This document shows, piece after piece, positions 19,429 through 31,066 of a stretch of 64,000 bases of DNA. Source of the DNA: an uncultured delta proteobacterium (GTDB lineage Bacteria; Desulfobacterota; Binatia; DP-6); contig CAWFFN010000008.1 of assembly GCA_963815115.1 (NCBI GenBank), forward strand, positions 544,001 to 608,000. The letters run 5' to 3'. Each line of letters begins with the position of its first letter. Within the stretch, counting starts at the first letter, position 1. The position numbers and the translations under genes are program-made. The notes under the pieces were generated by a model that had not been told where the DNA came from, did no database searches, and worked only from the letters and a program-made list of their open reading frames with translations.

Positions 19429-19571
19429 GCCCGAGCGGATCCGCGGGCGGGCGTCGAGAAATCCATCCCTGGTTGGCGGTCGGATACCCGATCGTGGCTT
19501 CAATCCCGACGCCAACTCCCAGAAGATTCCGAGCGACGCCGTACGGAGGCGCATGCGTGGCTCGATCTGAA

Positions 19572-19823
19572 GTACCCGTAGACGGGCGCGGCGTCGCCCA
19601 TTCGATGGGGTATTTCAGCGCCAAGCATCTAGGCGCGGGCCAGTTCCATGTGATGACCATCGTCGACAAGGCGGGGAAGCCTTTCGACGGCGGCAGCACG
19701 TGTCGCCTGAACGTGCCGGCGAACGCGCCGGTGAAACTGTACTGGTCGGCAACGGTCTACAGCCGTGCGACGCACGACATGAAGTGGTCGAGCCGATCGT
19801 CGAAACCCAGGGCCGGGCGATGA
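19572..19823 (+). pseudogene. fragment of a DUF1254/DUF1214 protein
   Basis: GQFHVMTIVDKAGKPFDGGSTCRLNVPANAPVKLYWSATVY matches my recollection of the DUF1214 pattern; no N-terminus. Confidence 0.6.
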
Positions 19824-19887
19824 GCGGCGCTATGTCCCCAAGTAGCGCCCTTGCCTTCCAGGCGAGTCGCTTGCATTAAGAGCGAGG

Positions 19888-20403
19888 ATGGACCTGGCAG
19901 AAGTGCTGGACGCTTGCCGTGTCCTCGAGATCCGTGCGGCGGCACTCTACCGCAGATTCGCCGCGTGGGCGAGCGACGAACCGGACCTGTGCGCGCTCTG
20001 GATGGCTCTGGCAGGCGAGGAAGAGGAGCACGTCGTCTTCCTCGACGACGCGTCCCGGCATCTGCCCACGCTCGAAGCCTGGACGACGCACCTCGGATCG
20101 CGGTGGCACGAAGTCCTGCGTGACGCTGATGAAAAGCTGTCAGCGGCTGAGCTGATTTCAAATGAGGCCCCGACCGACCAGCAGCTGGCAGTTGCGCTCG
20201 CGCTCGAGCTGACCGAGATCGAAGCGTTGCACGCCATGCTCGTGGCGACCAGCCGGCACCGCCCGCCACGGCCCAGCCTCGAGAGCCACGCGCGTCGCTT
20301 GGCCGACATGGTCGAGCGTTTCAGCGTCGACCCGCAGGTTCGGCGACAGGCCGCGCTGCTGCTCGCTCGGGTCCGGCCAGCCGTGCGCGACTCGGATGCC
20401 TGA
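19888..20403 (+). CDS. ferritin-like/rubrerythrin-like protein
   Basis: E..AAALY...W..LAGEEEEH di-iron-type helix pattern; second E..H (LESH). Confidence 0.7.
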   Translation: MDLAEVLDACRVLEIRAAALYRRFAAWASDEPDLCALWMALAGEEEEHVVFLDDASRHLPTLEAWTTHLGSRWHEVLRDADEKLSAAELISNEAPTDQQLAVALALELTEIEALHAMLVATSRHRPPRPSLESHARRLADMVERFSVDPQVRRQAALLLARVRPAVRDSDA

Positions 20404-20779
20404 CCGCATCCTGTCGCCGGACGGGAGCGGGCGGGTCGCGGGTTCGACTGCTTCTCACCATCGAACGGCGCGCGCAGCGGACGAGAGCGAAGCGGTGCGC
20501 TATCGGCGCTACTGCGCCGCTTGCCACGGCGTCCCACCGACCTCATGCAGATCGCCGCCCCCCACGGCGGGAAGCGCGGGCCCGGGTCACCCTCATCGCA
20601 GCGTACCTGCGTTCCTTGCAGGCTGCGTCGCGGCCGTCGCCCTGATTTTCGCGCCGCGTGCCACGGCAGCAGCGGCGTCCGGCGCAGCTCCGGCCCCCGC
20701 CCGGCTCGAGCGCCACGAGGGTGGCCCTGGAGCGAGCGCCGCGTTTCTGGCATGTGGCCTGTGGGGCGGATGACCACCG

Positions 20780-20893
20780 GTGCGTGACCCAGGAACACCC
20801 AGACACCCGTGGTGGCGTACCCTGCGCTGGATTCTGGCCGCTCTCGCCGCCTTGTGGCTCCTGTGGATCCTGCTGCGCAGTGCGCCGGTGTGA
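20780..20893 (+). CDS. possible 37-aa single-pass membrane peptide
   Basis: GTG-start ORF MRDPGTPRHPWWRTLRWILAALAALWLLWILLRSAPV; GC3-rich codons in hydrophobic part. Confidence 0.4.
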   Translation: MRDPGTPRHPWWRTLRWILAALAALWLLWILLRSAPV

Positions 20894-21110
20894 GCGAAGC
20901 CGGCGGGTGCGCGGAAGGAGAAGGCGCTCCGTCTACCAGAGGGCTCGAGGGAAGGCGGTCTGGGACGACGTGAGCCACGTCTGACATGCCTTCGCGCCGC
21001 TCCTGCCGGAGGCCGGGCGATCGCTCGCGAGCCCGGTCCCCAAGCGGCGCGTGGCCGCGCCGGGGTAGCTTTGTGGCAGGGTCGTCCCGTGCGCTACGAT
21101 CGCCTCGCTC

Positions 21111-22156
21111 ATGAAGTTCGTGGACGAGGTGCGCATCCGCGTCGAGGCCGGCGATGGCGGCGCCGGCTGCACGAGCTTCCGGCGTGAGAAGTTCGTGCCA
21201 CGCGGTGGCCCGAACGGTGGCGACGGAGGCGACGGCGGCGACGTCGTGCTGCGGGTCGACCCCGGCCTCGCGACGTTGCTCGACCTCTCCTACCCGCAGA
21301 CCCTGCGCGCGAAACGCGGCGAGCACGGGCGCGGCAAGGACCAGCACGGGGCGCGCGGCGCCGATCTCGTGCTGCGCGTCCCGCCCGGCACGACGGCGTA
21401 CGACGAGGAGAGCGGTGCGCTCCTGGCCGACCTGCGCGCGCCAGGCGAGGTCGCGATCGTGGCGCACGGAGGTCACGGCGGCCGTGGCAACATGCACTTC
21501 GCCACGTCGACCAACCGCGCGCCGCGTCGATCCGACCCGGGCACGGCCGGCGAGCGACGCCCGCTCCGTCTCGAGCTCCGCATGCTGGCCGACGCCGGCT
21601 TGCTCGGCTTTCCGAACGTCGGCAAGTCGACGCTGATCCGGGCGGTGTCCGCGGCGCGGCCGCGGGTGGCGGACTACCCGTTCACCACCCTCGTGCCCCA
21701 TCTCGGCGTGGTCCGCGTCGACGACGAGCGCGCCTTCGTCCTCGCCGACGTGCCCGGCCTGCTCCCCGGCGCTCACCAGGGGCACGGCCTCGGCACCCGC
21801 TTTCTCCGTCACCTGTCGCGCACCGCCGTGCTGGTCCACCTGCTCGACGTGTCGGGCCTCACCGGGCGCGACCCGCTCGACGACTTCGACACCCTGAATC
21901 GCGAGCTCGTCCCTCGCCAGCCCCGAGCTGGCCGCGAAGCCGCAGCTGGTCGTCGCCGGCAAGCTCGACCTGGTCGAGACCCGCGATCGGTCTGCCCGCG
22001 GTGCGCGCCCGATTCGCCGCGCGCGGCATCGCGCTGCACGCGGTCTCCGGCGCGACCGGCGAGGGCACGCGCGAGCTGGTGCGCCACGTCGCCGCCGCGG
22101 TCGCCGCGGCGCGCGCCGCCGACGCGATCGGCGCGCACGCGCAGCCGGTCGCGTGA
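21111..22156 (+). CDS. obgE: GTPase ObgE (two apparent +1 frameshifts near 21910 and 21990)
   Basis: MKFVDE, Gly-rich Obg fold, [14 protein letters not shown] and DVPG motifs; C-terminus ([19 protein letters not shown]) continues in other frames. Confidence 0.92.
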
Positions 22157-23306
22157 GCCAGCTGGCGCACAAGGAGCCGCTGCTGCGTCGCGTGCGGCGG
22201 GCGGTCGTGAAGATCGGCAGCAACGTGCTGGCCGACGCCGACGGGCTTCGCCTGCCCCGCATCCGCGCCCTCGCCGGAGAGATCGCGGCGCTGGTCGCGG
22301 GCGGGCGTCAGATCGTCGTCGTCAGCTCGGGCGCGGTCGCCGCCGGCGGCGCGCGGCTCGGCGGCCGGGCCGGGACGGCTCGAGTGGCGGCAGGCGGCGG
22401 CCGCCGTCGGGCAGCCGAGCCTCATGGCGGCCTACGAGCGCGCCTTCCGCAGCCACGGACGCGCCGTCGCGCAGGTGCTGCTCACGCACGCCGACCTGGC
22501 CGACCGCCGGCGCTACCTGAACGCGCGCCACACGCTGCGCGCGCTGCTCGCGCTGGGCGCCGTCCCGATCGTCAACGAGAACGACACGGTCGCCGTCGAG
22601 GAGCTCCAGTTCGGCGACAACGACAACCTCTCCGCGCTGATCGCGGCGCTGGTCGAGGCCGACCTGCTGGTCATCCTGAGCGACGTCGAGGGCCTGTACG
22701 AGACCGACCCGCGTCTCGATGCCGCCGCGCCGCTCGTGCCTCTCGGCCGGGCCGGGGACGCGCGCGTGGCCGGCAGCCGCCGGACCGCCGCGCTCGGGTG
22801 TCGGCACGGGCGGCATGGCGTCGAAGATCGACGCGGCCAGAACGGCTGCCGCCGCCGGCATCCCCACGCTGATCGCGCACGGCGGCCGGCGCGGCGTGCT
22901 CGCCGCGGCGTTCGATCCGCGGGCGGAGATCGGCACGCTGCTGCTCGCGGACGGCGATCCGCTCGGCCGCCGCAAGCACTGGATCGCCCACACGCTCCGG
23001 CCCACCGGCACGCTGCACCTCGACGCCGGTGCCGAGCGTGCGCTGGCGCAGGGCGGGCGCAGCCTGCTGGCGTCCGGGGTGCGTGCCGTCGAGGGCAGGT
23101 TCGGGGTGGGCGACTGCGTACGGTGCGTCGGTCCCGACGGCAGCGAGGTGGCGCGTGGGCTGGTGAACTATGCGGCTGGCGAGATCGATCTCATCAAGGG
23201 CGCCCACAGCCGCGATCTCCCCCGGCTGCTCGGCTACAAGGGCAGCGACGAGGTGATCCACCGCGACGACCTGGTCGTCGTGGTCCCGCCGCGCGCCGCG
23301 GGCTGA
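22153..23306 (+). CDS. proB: glutamate 5-kinase ProB (apparent frameshifts near 22370 and 22775)
   Basis: [29 protein letters not shown] and PUA domain spread over three frames. Confidence 0.9.
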
Positions 23307-23370
23307 ATCGCGCGCCCGGCGTGCTGGTCGCGGGTTGGCGGCTCCACGCACCCTGCGCTACAGTCGCCCG

Positions 23371-24642
23371 ATGCAGCCCGCCGCCTCGCCCGACGTCGAC
23401 CGCATCGTCGAGCGCCTGTCGCTCGGCGCGCGCGAGGCGGCCCGCGCGCTGGCCCGCGCCTCGTCGGCCACCAAGGATCGCGCGCTGCGCGACGCCGCGA
23501 CCGGGCTGCGCGGCGCCGAAGCCGCGCTGCTCTCCGCCAACCGCGACGACGTCGAGCGCGCCCGGGCGAGCGGCGAGTCGGCGGCCTTCGTCGATCGCCT
23601 CACGCTGAACCCCGATCGCATCGAGGCCATGGCGCGCGGCCTCGAGGACATCGCGGCGCTCCCGGATCCCGTGGGCGAGACCATCGCCGCGTGGCGCCGC
23701 CCGAACGGGCTCGACATCGCCCAGGTCCGGGTGCCCATCGGCGTCGTGCTCACGATCTACGAATCCCGTCCCAACGTCACCGCCGACTCCGCCGCCCTGT
23801 GCCTCAAGACCGCCAACGCCGTCCTGCTGAAGGGAGGCTCCGAGTCGCAGGCGACGAGCGGCGCCATCGCCACGGTGATCCGGTCCGCCATCGCGGCGGC
23901 GGGGCTTCCCGTGGACGCCGTGCAGCCCGTGGAGGGCGGCCGCGAGGTGGTGCGCGGGCTCCTGCGGCGCGACGATCGGATCGACGTGGTGATCGCGCGC
24001 GGCGGCGAGGCGCTCAAGCGCACCATCATGGAGGAGAGCCGCATCCCGGTGGTGAAGCACTTCGAGGGCATCTGCCACCTCTACGTCGACGCGGCGGCCG
24101 ATCTCGACATGGCGGAACGCCTCTGCCTCAACGCCAAGGTGCAGCGCCCGAGCGTCTGCAACGCCATCGAGAACCTCCTCGTCCACGAGGCCGTCGCCGC
24201 GAAGTTTCTCCCCCGCCTGACCGCCGCGCTGCGTGCTCGCGGCTGCGAGGTGCGCGGCGACGCGGCCACCCGGGCCATCGTGCCCGACGTGCATCCGGCG
24301 AGTGACGCGGACTGGGACACGGAATACCTCGACCTGATCCTCAGCGTGCGCGTGGTCCCGTCGCTCGACGAGGCGCTGGCGTTCGTCGCCGCACACGGCA
24401 CCGGGCTGGCCGAAGCCGTGGTCACGGAAGACTATCGCGTGGCGGAACGCTTCCTCCACGAGGTCGACGCGGCCGCCGTCTTCGTCAACGCGTCGACCCG
24501 CTTCACCGACGGCTACGAGTTCGGATTCGGGGCCGAGGTCGGCATCAGCACGAACCGGCTGCACGCCCGCGGGCCGATGGGTCTTCGCGAGCTGACGACG
24601 TACAAGTATCTCGTGCGCGGCGACGGTCAGGTGCGAGGGTAG
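23371..24642 (+). CDS. proA: gamma-glutamyl phosphate reductase
   Basis: [24 protein letters not shown] and HARGPMG motifs. Confidence 0.96.
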   Translation: MQPAASPDVDRIVERLSLGAREAARALARASSATKDRALRDAATGLRGAEAALLSANRDDVERARASGESAAFVDRLTLNPDRIEAMARGLEDIAALPDPVGETIAAWRRPNGLDIAQVRVPIGVVLTIYESRPNVTADSAALCLKTANAVLLKGGSESQATSGAIATVIRSAIAAAGLPVDAVQPVEGGREVVRGLLRRDDRIDVVIARGGEALKRTIMEESRIPVVKHFEGICHLYVDAAADLDMAERLCLNAKVQRPSVCNAIENLLVHEAVAAKFLPRLTAALRARGCEVRGDAATRAIVPDVHPASDADWDTEYLDLILSVRVVPSLDEALAFVAAHGTGLAEAVVTEDYRVAERFLHEVDAAAVFVNASTRFTDGYEFGFGAEVGISTNRLHARGPMGLRELTTYKYLVRGDGQVRG

Positions 24643-25328
24643 TGCCACCGCCGGACCGGACGGCCGGCGGGGTCGGCATTCTCGGCGGCACCTTCAACCC
24701 GATCCATCTCGGGCATCTCCGGGCGGCCGAGGAGGTCCGAGAAGCCGAGGGTCTCGACGAGATCCGGCTGGTTCCATCCTCGATGCCTCCCCACAAGGAG
24801 CCCGATGGCATCATCGCGTCCGGCCATCGCTTCCGCATGGTCGAGCTCGCCGTGCAGGACACCCCGGGCCTGCGCGCCTGGGACGCGGAGCTCGGCCGTC
24901 CCGGGCCGTCCTACTCCATAGACACGGTCCGTGCCCTGCGAGCAGAGATCGGGCCCCAGGGGCGCATCGCCTTCATCCTCGGGCACGACGCGTTCGAGGA
25001 GTTCCACACCTGGCGGGAGCCGGAAGCGATCCTCTCTCTCTGTGAACTCATCGTGATGCTGCGGCCTCCCTGGCCTCCCGCACGCTCACCCGGCGATCTC
25101 TGCATTGCGGGGGCTGGAGCGTTTCGGTATGATGCCGCCAGTGGGACGATCCGCCACGCGTCGGGACGCGGAGTGAGCTTGCTGCACATCACCGGTCTCG
25201 ACATCTCGGCCACCGCCATTCGGGCCCTCGTCGCCGCCGGCCGCTCCATCCGTTTCCTGGTTCCTCCCGCGGTCGAGGCGTACATCGCCCGGCACGAGCT
25301 GTACCGCGGGGAGGGCCCCTCAGCCTGA
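24642..25328 (+). CDS. nadD: nicotinate-nucleotide adenylyltransferase
   Basis: GGTFNPIHLGH, PPHK, SYSIDT and ISATAIR motifs. Confidence 0.95.
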   Translation: MPPPDRTAGGVGILGGTFNPIHLGHLRAAEEVREAEGLDEIRLVPSSMPPHKEPDGIIASGHRFRMVELAVQDTPGLRAWDAELGRPGPSYSIDTVRALRAEIGPQGRIAFILGHDAFEEFHTWREPEAILSLCELIVMLRPPWPPARSPGDLCIAGAGAFRYDAASGTIRHASGRGVSLLHITGLDISATAIRALVAAGRSIRFLVPPAVEAYIARHELYRGEGPSA

Positions 25329-25717
25329 TGCCGCTCGCCAGCTGGGACCGCGCGATCGAGTGCACGCGCGCCGCGCTCGAACGGAAGGCGTACGACCTGG
25401 TCGTGCTGGAGACCACGAAGCTCACCTCCATCGCGGACTACTTCGTGATCTGCAGCGGGCGATCCGATACCCAGGTGCAGGCCATCGCCGAGGGGGTGCG
25501 AGATCACCTGGAAAGCCTCGGCGTCCACGCCCTCTCCGCCGAGGGCGTCGAGCGCGGCCAGTGGGCACTCCTGGACTACGGCGACGTCGTCGTGCACGTG
25601 TTCCAGGTGCCGGTGCGGGAGTTCTACGGCCTCGACCGCCTGTGGGCACGAGCGCCGCGGGTCGCGCTGCCCGAGCCGTATCAGAGCCAGGCGCGAAGCC
25701 AGAAGACGGGCACCTAG
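25328..25717 (+). CDS. rsfS: ribosome silencing factor
   Basis: ADYFVICSG, WALLDYGDVVVH and FYGLDRLW motifs. Confidence 0.95.
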   Translation: MPLASWDRAIECTRAALERKAYDLVVLETTKLTSIADYFVICSGRSDTQVQAIAEGVRDHLESLGVHALSAEGVERGQWALLDYGDVVVHVFQVPVREFYGLDRLWARAPRVALPEPYQSQARSQKTGT

Positions 25718-25722
25718 TTGTC

Positions 25723-25999
25723 CGACCCGAGACTCCGTCTCGGGTCGGGGACGGAGGGAGGGTTGAGGCGTCTTGGCCAGTGCGGACGGCGTGCCGCGGC
25801 CGGCAGAGCCGGCGCGGCAAACGTTCCGGAGCGCGAGCCCGTAGCCGACATGACGGAACTGCGGGTGCTGTCCGGCCAGGGCGCCGCGGGTACCACGTTT
25901 TGCCGCGCCGGCTCTGCCGGCCGCGGCACGACGCTCGCTCGACCCACCAGCCGCCACACCCTCGCCTCCCCCCGCGACCCGAGAGGCAGTCTCGGGTCG
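25723..25999. repeat. four-hairpin intergenic repeat, copy 2
   Basis: Terminal palindromes at 25723-25747 and 25975-25999; inner arms at 25790-25824 and 25895-25930. Confidence 0.9.
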
Positions 26000-26007
26000 C
26001 GCTCGTA

Positions 26008-27344
26008 ATGTACTGGCTCACCGCCCTCGCCGCCGCCGCCCTGACCATCGTCGCGGGCTGGTTCTTCCTGTTGAATGGCGCCGAGGTCGCCGTGCGGCTC
26101 GCTCCGTCGCGCACCGTGGCTGCACCGCTCGGCGGGGCGCTCCTCGGCGCCTTCTTCGCGGGTGGGGCGGTCGTCGGGCTGCTCGCGACGGCGGGAGCGG
26201 GCGTACGCGGCTGGCGAGCCATGGGAGCGCGCCGGCGCGCTCGCCGCGAGGCGCGCCGGGCCGCGACGGTTACGCGCGCCCGCCAGCTCGTCTGGACCGG
26301 AGATGCCGCCCGCGCTCGCGCCGAGCTGCTCCGGGCTCCCGAGCCTCCGGAATCGGATGCTTCCCGCCTGGCGCTGCTCGCAGAGGCACATCTGCAGGAG
26401 GGCGACCCCGCGGGCGCCCGCAACGTGCTCGAGGGCGGGCTGCCGGAGGTGGGTCAGGATCCGCGCCTGCTCGACCTGCTGGCCCGGGCTGCCGAGGAGC
26501 TCGGCGACCAGCGCGCCGCGCTCGATGCGCTCGAGCGGGCCCATCGTGCCCTGCCCGCGAGCCCGCGCCTTGCGGCCCGCCTGCGTGACGCGTATGCAAC
26601 CGCCGGTCGCTGGGACGAGGCCGTGGCGATGCAGGCCGATATCCTCCTACGCCTCCGGGCACCCGCACTGCTCGGCACCGAGCGCGAGCGCCTCGTCGGC
26701 CTGCGCTACGAGTCGAGCGCCGCCGAGCCCGATGACCTGCGCGCGGCACGACAGCTCCACGGGCTCGCCCGTGAGGCTCCGGAGTTCGTGCCCGCGTGGG
26801 TGAGCGCCGGGGACCGCTACGCGCGTGCCGGACGATCGTTCCTGGCCCGCCGCGCCTGGAAGCACGGCCTGCGGCAGCGTCCCGCCGCCGTGCTGCTCGA
26901 GCGCGTCGAGACCCACGACGCCGCCGCGGGACAGCCGTCGCGCACCACGCGCCTGCTCCGCAGGCTCGCCCGACGCCATCCCGATCAGCCGCTCGTCGCG
27001 CTCCGCCTCGCCCGTCACCTGCTTTCCCACGACGCCCTGGACGAGGCGGCCGCGATCCTCGATGCGCTGCCCGAGCCGGCGGCGCCGCCGACCGACGCGC
27101 TCCGGGGGAGCTCGCGCGGGCACGCGGCGATGCAGCGGCCGCCGCCGAGGGCTTCGCGCGCGCGCTCGGGCCCGACCTCGGCCTCTCCAGCCCGTGGCGA
27201 TGCTCGGCGTGCGCGGCGACCGCGGAGCGCTGGGCTGCCCGCTGCGCGGCGTGCGGCCGCTGGGACACCCTGTGCGCCAGCAGTGAGAACGCTGGCGGCT
27301 CTACTCGACTCACATCAGACTCGCTTATCCGTCCGGCAAGGTGA
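26008..27344 (+). CDS. LapA/LapB-like membrane-anchored TPR protein with C-terminal CxxC-CxxC (frameshift near 27108)
   Basis: Two N-terminal TM helices and TPR repeats; WRCSAC...RCAACGRWDT rubredoxin-like end lies in the next frame after a G-run. Confidence 0.75.
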
Positions 27345-27402
27345 ACTCAGGTGCGGCTCCGTTGAATGCCGCTTCGAGACCGCTACACTCGCGAGGGCGC
27401 GC

Positions 27403-28053
27403 ATGCCGCAGATTTTCCACCGCAGCACCAACACCCTCTCCCGGGTGAGCATCTTCGGTGCTGCCTTCTTCGTCGCGGGATTTCTCTGGCTGCTCGCCGC
27501 CATCAACCGCAGCGGCTACGTCACGCAGCAAGGCGTCGCGCGCGAACAGCCGGTGCAGTTCAGCCACAAGCATCATGCGGGCGAGCTCGGGATCGATTGT
27601 CGGTACTGCCACACCAGCGTCGAGATCTCCGCCGTCGCATCGGTGCCACCGACCAAGACCTGCATGAACTGCCACTCGCAAATCTGGACCCAGAGTCATT
27701 TCCTCGAGCCCGTGCGCGCGAGCTGGCGGACCGACGAGTCGATCCGGTGGATCCGGGTGAACGACCTGCCGGACTTCGTCTACTTCAACCACAGCGTCCA
27801 CGTGCACAAGGGCATCGGCTGCGTGTCGTGTCACGGGCGCGTCGACAAGATGAACCAGCTCTACCAGGCGCCGTCCCTGCAGATGGAATGGTGCCTGGAT
27901 TGCCACCGCCATCCCGACCGCTACGTGCGTCCTCGCGAGGAGGTCTTCAACATGACGTGGGAGCCCACGGTCGACCAGCAGGTGCTCGGCGCACGGCTGG
28001 TGAAGGCATACAACGTCCACCCTCGTACCGACTGCTCGACCTGCCATCGCTAG
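27403..28053 (+). CDS. actA: alternative complex III pentaheme cytochrome c ActA
   Basis: MPQIF start; five CxxCH motifs (CRYCH, CMNCH, CVSCH, CLDCH, CSTCH). Confidence 0.93.
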   Translation: MPQIFHRSTNTLSRVSIFGAAFFVAGFLWLLAAINRSGYVTQQGVAREQPVQFSHKHHAGELGIDCRYCHTSVEISAVASVPPTKTCMNCHSQIWTQSHFLEPVRASWRTDESIRWIRVNDLPDFVYFNHSVHVHKGIGCVSCHGRVDKMNQLYQAPSLQMEWCLDCHRHPDRYVRPREEVFNMTWEPTVDQQVLGARLVKAYNVHPRTDCSTCHR

Positions 28054-28060
28054 GACCAGC

Positions 28061-31000
28061 GTGGACCCGATGCCGCCCGCTCCGCCCATCGACCTCGGCC
28101 TCATCCGCCACCGCCTCGCCTCGCAGCACGGGCCCGAGCTGTGGCGCAGCCTCGAGGAGCTCGCCGGGAGCGAGGAGTTCCTCGAGTTCCTCGAGTACGA
28201 GTTTCCGCGGCAGGCCGCCGGCATCCGCGAGGCCGGGACCGGCCGGCGCGATTTCTTGAAGCTGATGAGCGCCTCGCTGGCGCTCGCGGGCCTCGGCGCC
28301 TGCACGAAGCAGCCGGAGGAGCGCATCGTCCCGTACGTCAAGCAGCCCGAGCGCATCGTGCTCGGGCAGCCCCTCTACTTCGCCACCGCGATGCCCCTCG
28401 GCGGTTTCGGCGTCGGCCTCGTCGTCGAGAGCCACGAGGGCCGGCCGACCAAGGCCGAGGGCAACCCGGCACATCCCGCCAGCCTGGGGGCCACCGACGT
28501 GGCCGCGCAGGGCTCGGTGCTCGGGCTCTACGATCCGGATCGCTCGAAGGTGGTCACCAGCGCGGGACAGATCCGCACCTGGCAGGGCCTGGCGGACGTG
28601 CTCGGCCCGGTGCGCGAAGGGCAGCGCGCCTCGCGCGGCGCGGGCCTTCGCATCCTCACCGGCACCGTGACGTCGCCGACGCTCGGGGCGCGAATCCAGG
28701 CGCTGCTCGACGCCTTCCCGCAGGCCCGCTGGCATCAGTGGGATCCGATCGGGCGGGACACGAGCCGTCTCGGGGCGCGGCTCGCCTTCGGGGAGGACGT
28801 CGAGACCCAGTACCGTTTCGACCAGGCGAAGGTGATCGTCTCCCTCGACGCCGACTTCATGACCTTCGGCCCGGGACGCCTGCGCTACGTGCGCGACCTG
28901 ATGCGCGGCCGCCGGGTGGGCGCGGGGCAGACGGAGATGAACCGCTTCTACGCCGCCGAGAGCACGCCGACCGTCACCGGGAGCGTGGCGGACCACCGCC
29001 TGCCGGTGCGCGGCCGCGACGTCGAGTCCCTCGCGCGTGCAATCGCCGCGCGGGCCGGCCTCGCGGTTCCGCCCTCCCCCGACGCGGCGGCCGTGACGGC
29101 GCACCAGCGCTGGATCACCGCCGTCGCCGCCGACCTGCGCGCGCACCGCGGCGCGTCCGTCGTGGTCGCCGGGGAGCAGCAGCCGCCGGTCGTGCACGCG
29201 CTGGCCCACGCGCTCAATCACGCCCTCGGCAACGTCGGGCGCACGGTGGTGCACACCGCGCCCGTCGAGGTGCGACCCGATCACCAGCTCGCCGCGCTGC
29301 AGGGCCTGGTCGGCGAGATGCGCGCCGGCACGGTCGAGTGCCTGCTGATCCTGGGCGCCAATCCCGTGTACAGCGCACCGGCCGATCTCGACTTCGCCGC
29401 CGCGCTCCGGCAGGTGCCGCTGCGCGTGCACCTCGGGCTGTACGCAGACGAGACCGCGCGGCTGTGCCAATGGCACGTCCCCGAGGCGCATTACCTCGAG
29501 AGCTGGGGCGACGTGCGCGCCTTCGACGGCACCGGCACGATCATCCAGCCCCTGATCGCGCCGCTGTACGGGGGCCGCACGCCGGTCGAGCTGCTGGCGG
29601 CCTTCACCGGTGACGGTGGCAACTCGATGCACGACCTCGTGCGCGCGCGCTGGCAGCAGCTCCGGCCGGGCGGCGACTTCGAGGCCTTCTGGCAGCAGGC
29701 GCTGCACGACGGCGTGGTGCCGGACACGGCTGCTCCGGTGCACGCGGTGCAGGTGCGCGGCGACTGGGATCCCGGACCGACGGCGCCGCCGGCCGAGCCC
29801 AGCGGGCTCGAGCTCGTCTTCCGGCCGGACCCGTACGTGCTCGACGGCCAGTTCACCAACAACGGGTGGCTGCTCGAGCTGCCGCGCCCGCTGACGAAGC
29901 TCACCTGGGACAACGTCGCCCTGGTCGCACCCGCCACCGCCGAGCGGCTGGGCGTCGCGAGCGGCGACGTGGTCGAGCTGGGCTTCCACGGGCGTACGGT
30001 GCGGGCGCCTGCCTGGGTCACGCCCGGCCAGGCGCGCGACAGCGTCACGGTCGCCCTGGGGTTCGGGCGCACGCATCTCGGCCGCGTGGGCGACGGTGTC
30101 GGGTTCGACGCCGGCGCGATCCGCCCGAGCGACGCCCTCGACGGCGGCGCCGGCCTCACGCTGGTGCCGACCGGCGCCCGCGCCGTGCTCGCCAGCACGC
30201 AGGACCACCAGACCATGGCCGGCCGGCCGGTCGTGCGGCGCGCGACGCTCGCAGAGTACCGCGCCAACCCCGAGTTCGCGAAGGAGATGGGCGAAGCGCC
30301 GCCGAGGTCGCTGACGCTCTACCCGGACAAGCCGTATCCCGACAACGCGTGGGGCATGACGATCGACCTCGGGGCGTGCATCGGTTGCAACGCCTGCGTG
30401 GCCGCCTGCGTCGCGGAGAACAACATCTCGGTCGTGGGGAAGGAGCAGGTGGCGCACGGACGGGAGATGCAGTGGATCCGCATCGACCGGTACTATGCCG
30501 GCGACCTCGACGCGCCGGAGATCCTGCACCAGCCGGTTCCCTGCATGCAGTGCGAGAACGCGCCCTGCGAGCTGGTCTGCCCCGTCAACGCCACCGTGCA
30601 CAGCAGCGAGGGCCTGAACGACATGGTCTACAACCGCTGCGTCGGCACGCGCTACTGCTCGAACAACTGTCCCTACAAGGTCCGTCGCTTCAACTACTTC
30701 CTGTATGCCAACTGGACGAGCGAGACGATCGCGATGGCGCGCAACCCGCAGGTGACGGTGCGCAGCCGCGGGGTGATGGAGAAGTGCACCTACTGCGTGC
30801 AGCGCATCGAGCGCGCGCGCGCCCGCGCGAAGCTCGACGACCGTGCCATCCGCGACGGCGAGATCGTCACGGCCTGCCAGCAGGCGTGTCCCGCCGAGGC
30901 CATCGTGTTCGGCAACATCAACGACCCCGAGAGCCGGGTCGCGAAGCTGAAGACCGAGTCCCGCAACTACGCGCTGCTCGCCGAGCTGAATACCCGGCCC

Positions 31001-31066
31001 CGCACGACCTATCTCGCCGGCGTCACGAACCCGAATCCCGAGCTCGAGAAGGAGACCGTGTCGTGA
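28061..31066 (+). CDS. actB: alternative complex III ActB (Tat; molybdopterin-fold plus Fe-S domain)
   Basis: WRSLEEL, RRDFLK; [27 protein letters not shown] and CTYC clusters. Confidence 0.93.
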   Translation: MDPMPPAPPIDLGLIRHRLASQHGPELWRSLEELAGSEEFLEFLEYEFPRQAAGIREAGTGRRDFLKLMSASLALAGLGACTKQPEERIVPYVKQPERIVLGQPLYFATAMPLGGFGVGLVVESHEGRPTKAEGNPAHPASLGATDVAAQGSVLGLYDPDRSKVVTSAGQIRTWQGLADVLGPVREGQRASRGAGLRILTGTVTSPTLGARIQALLDAFPQARWHQWDPIGRDTSRLGARLAFGEDVETQYRFDQAKVIVSLDADFMTFGPGRLRYVRDLMRGRRVGAGQTEMNRFYAAESTPTVTGSVADHRLPVRGRDVESLARAIAARAGLAVPPSPDAAAVTAHQRWITAVAADLRAHRGASVVVAGEQQPPVVHALAHALNHALGNVGRTVVHTAPVEVRPDHQLAALQGLVGEMRAGTVECLLILGANPVYSAPADLDFAAALRQVPLRVHLGLYADETARLCQWHVPEAHYLESWGDVRAFDGTGTIIQPLIAPLYGGRTPVELLAAFTGDGGNSMHDLVRARWQQLRPGGDFEAFWQQALHDGVVPDTAAPVHAVQVRGDWDPGPTAPPAEPSGLELVFRPDPYVLDGQFTNNGWLLELPRPLTKLTWDNVALVAPATAERLGVASGDVVELGFHGRTVRAPAWVTPGQARDSVTVALGFGRTHLGRVGDGVGFDAGAIRPSDALDGGAGLTLVPTGARAVLASTQDHQTMAGRPVVRRATLAEYRANPEFAKEMGEAPPRSLTLYPDKPYPDNAWGMTIDLGACIGCNACVAACVAENNISVVGKEQVAHGREMQWIRIDRYYAGDLDAPEILHQPVPCMQCENAPCELVCPVNATVHSSEGLNDMVYNRCVGTRYCSNNCPYKVRRFNYFLYANWTSETIAMARNPQVTVRSRGVMEKCTYCVQRIERARARAKLDDRAIRDGEIVTACQQACPAEAIVFGNINDPESRVAKLKTESRNYALLAELNTRPRTTYLAGVTNPNPELEKETVS

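Noticed and set aside
21111-23306. Programmed frameshifting or true pseudogenisation of obgE/proB
   Set aside because: No slippery-site pattern; indels are clustered and coding sequence is otherwise intact, so sequencing error is more likely
25360-28053. 897-aa ORF appearing to fuse a TPR protein to a pentaheme cytochrome
   Set aside because: Artefact: a frameshift near 27108 moves the LapB-like CxxC tail to another frame, and actA has its own MPQIF start at 27403
28061-31066. Catalytic molybdoenzyme (nitrate/polysulfide reductase)
   Set aside because: Context and motifs identify ActB, whose molybdopterin-fold domain is not known to bind Moco
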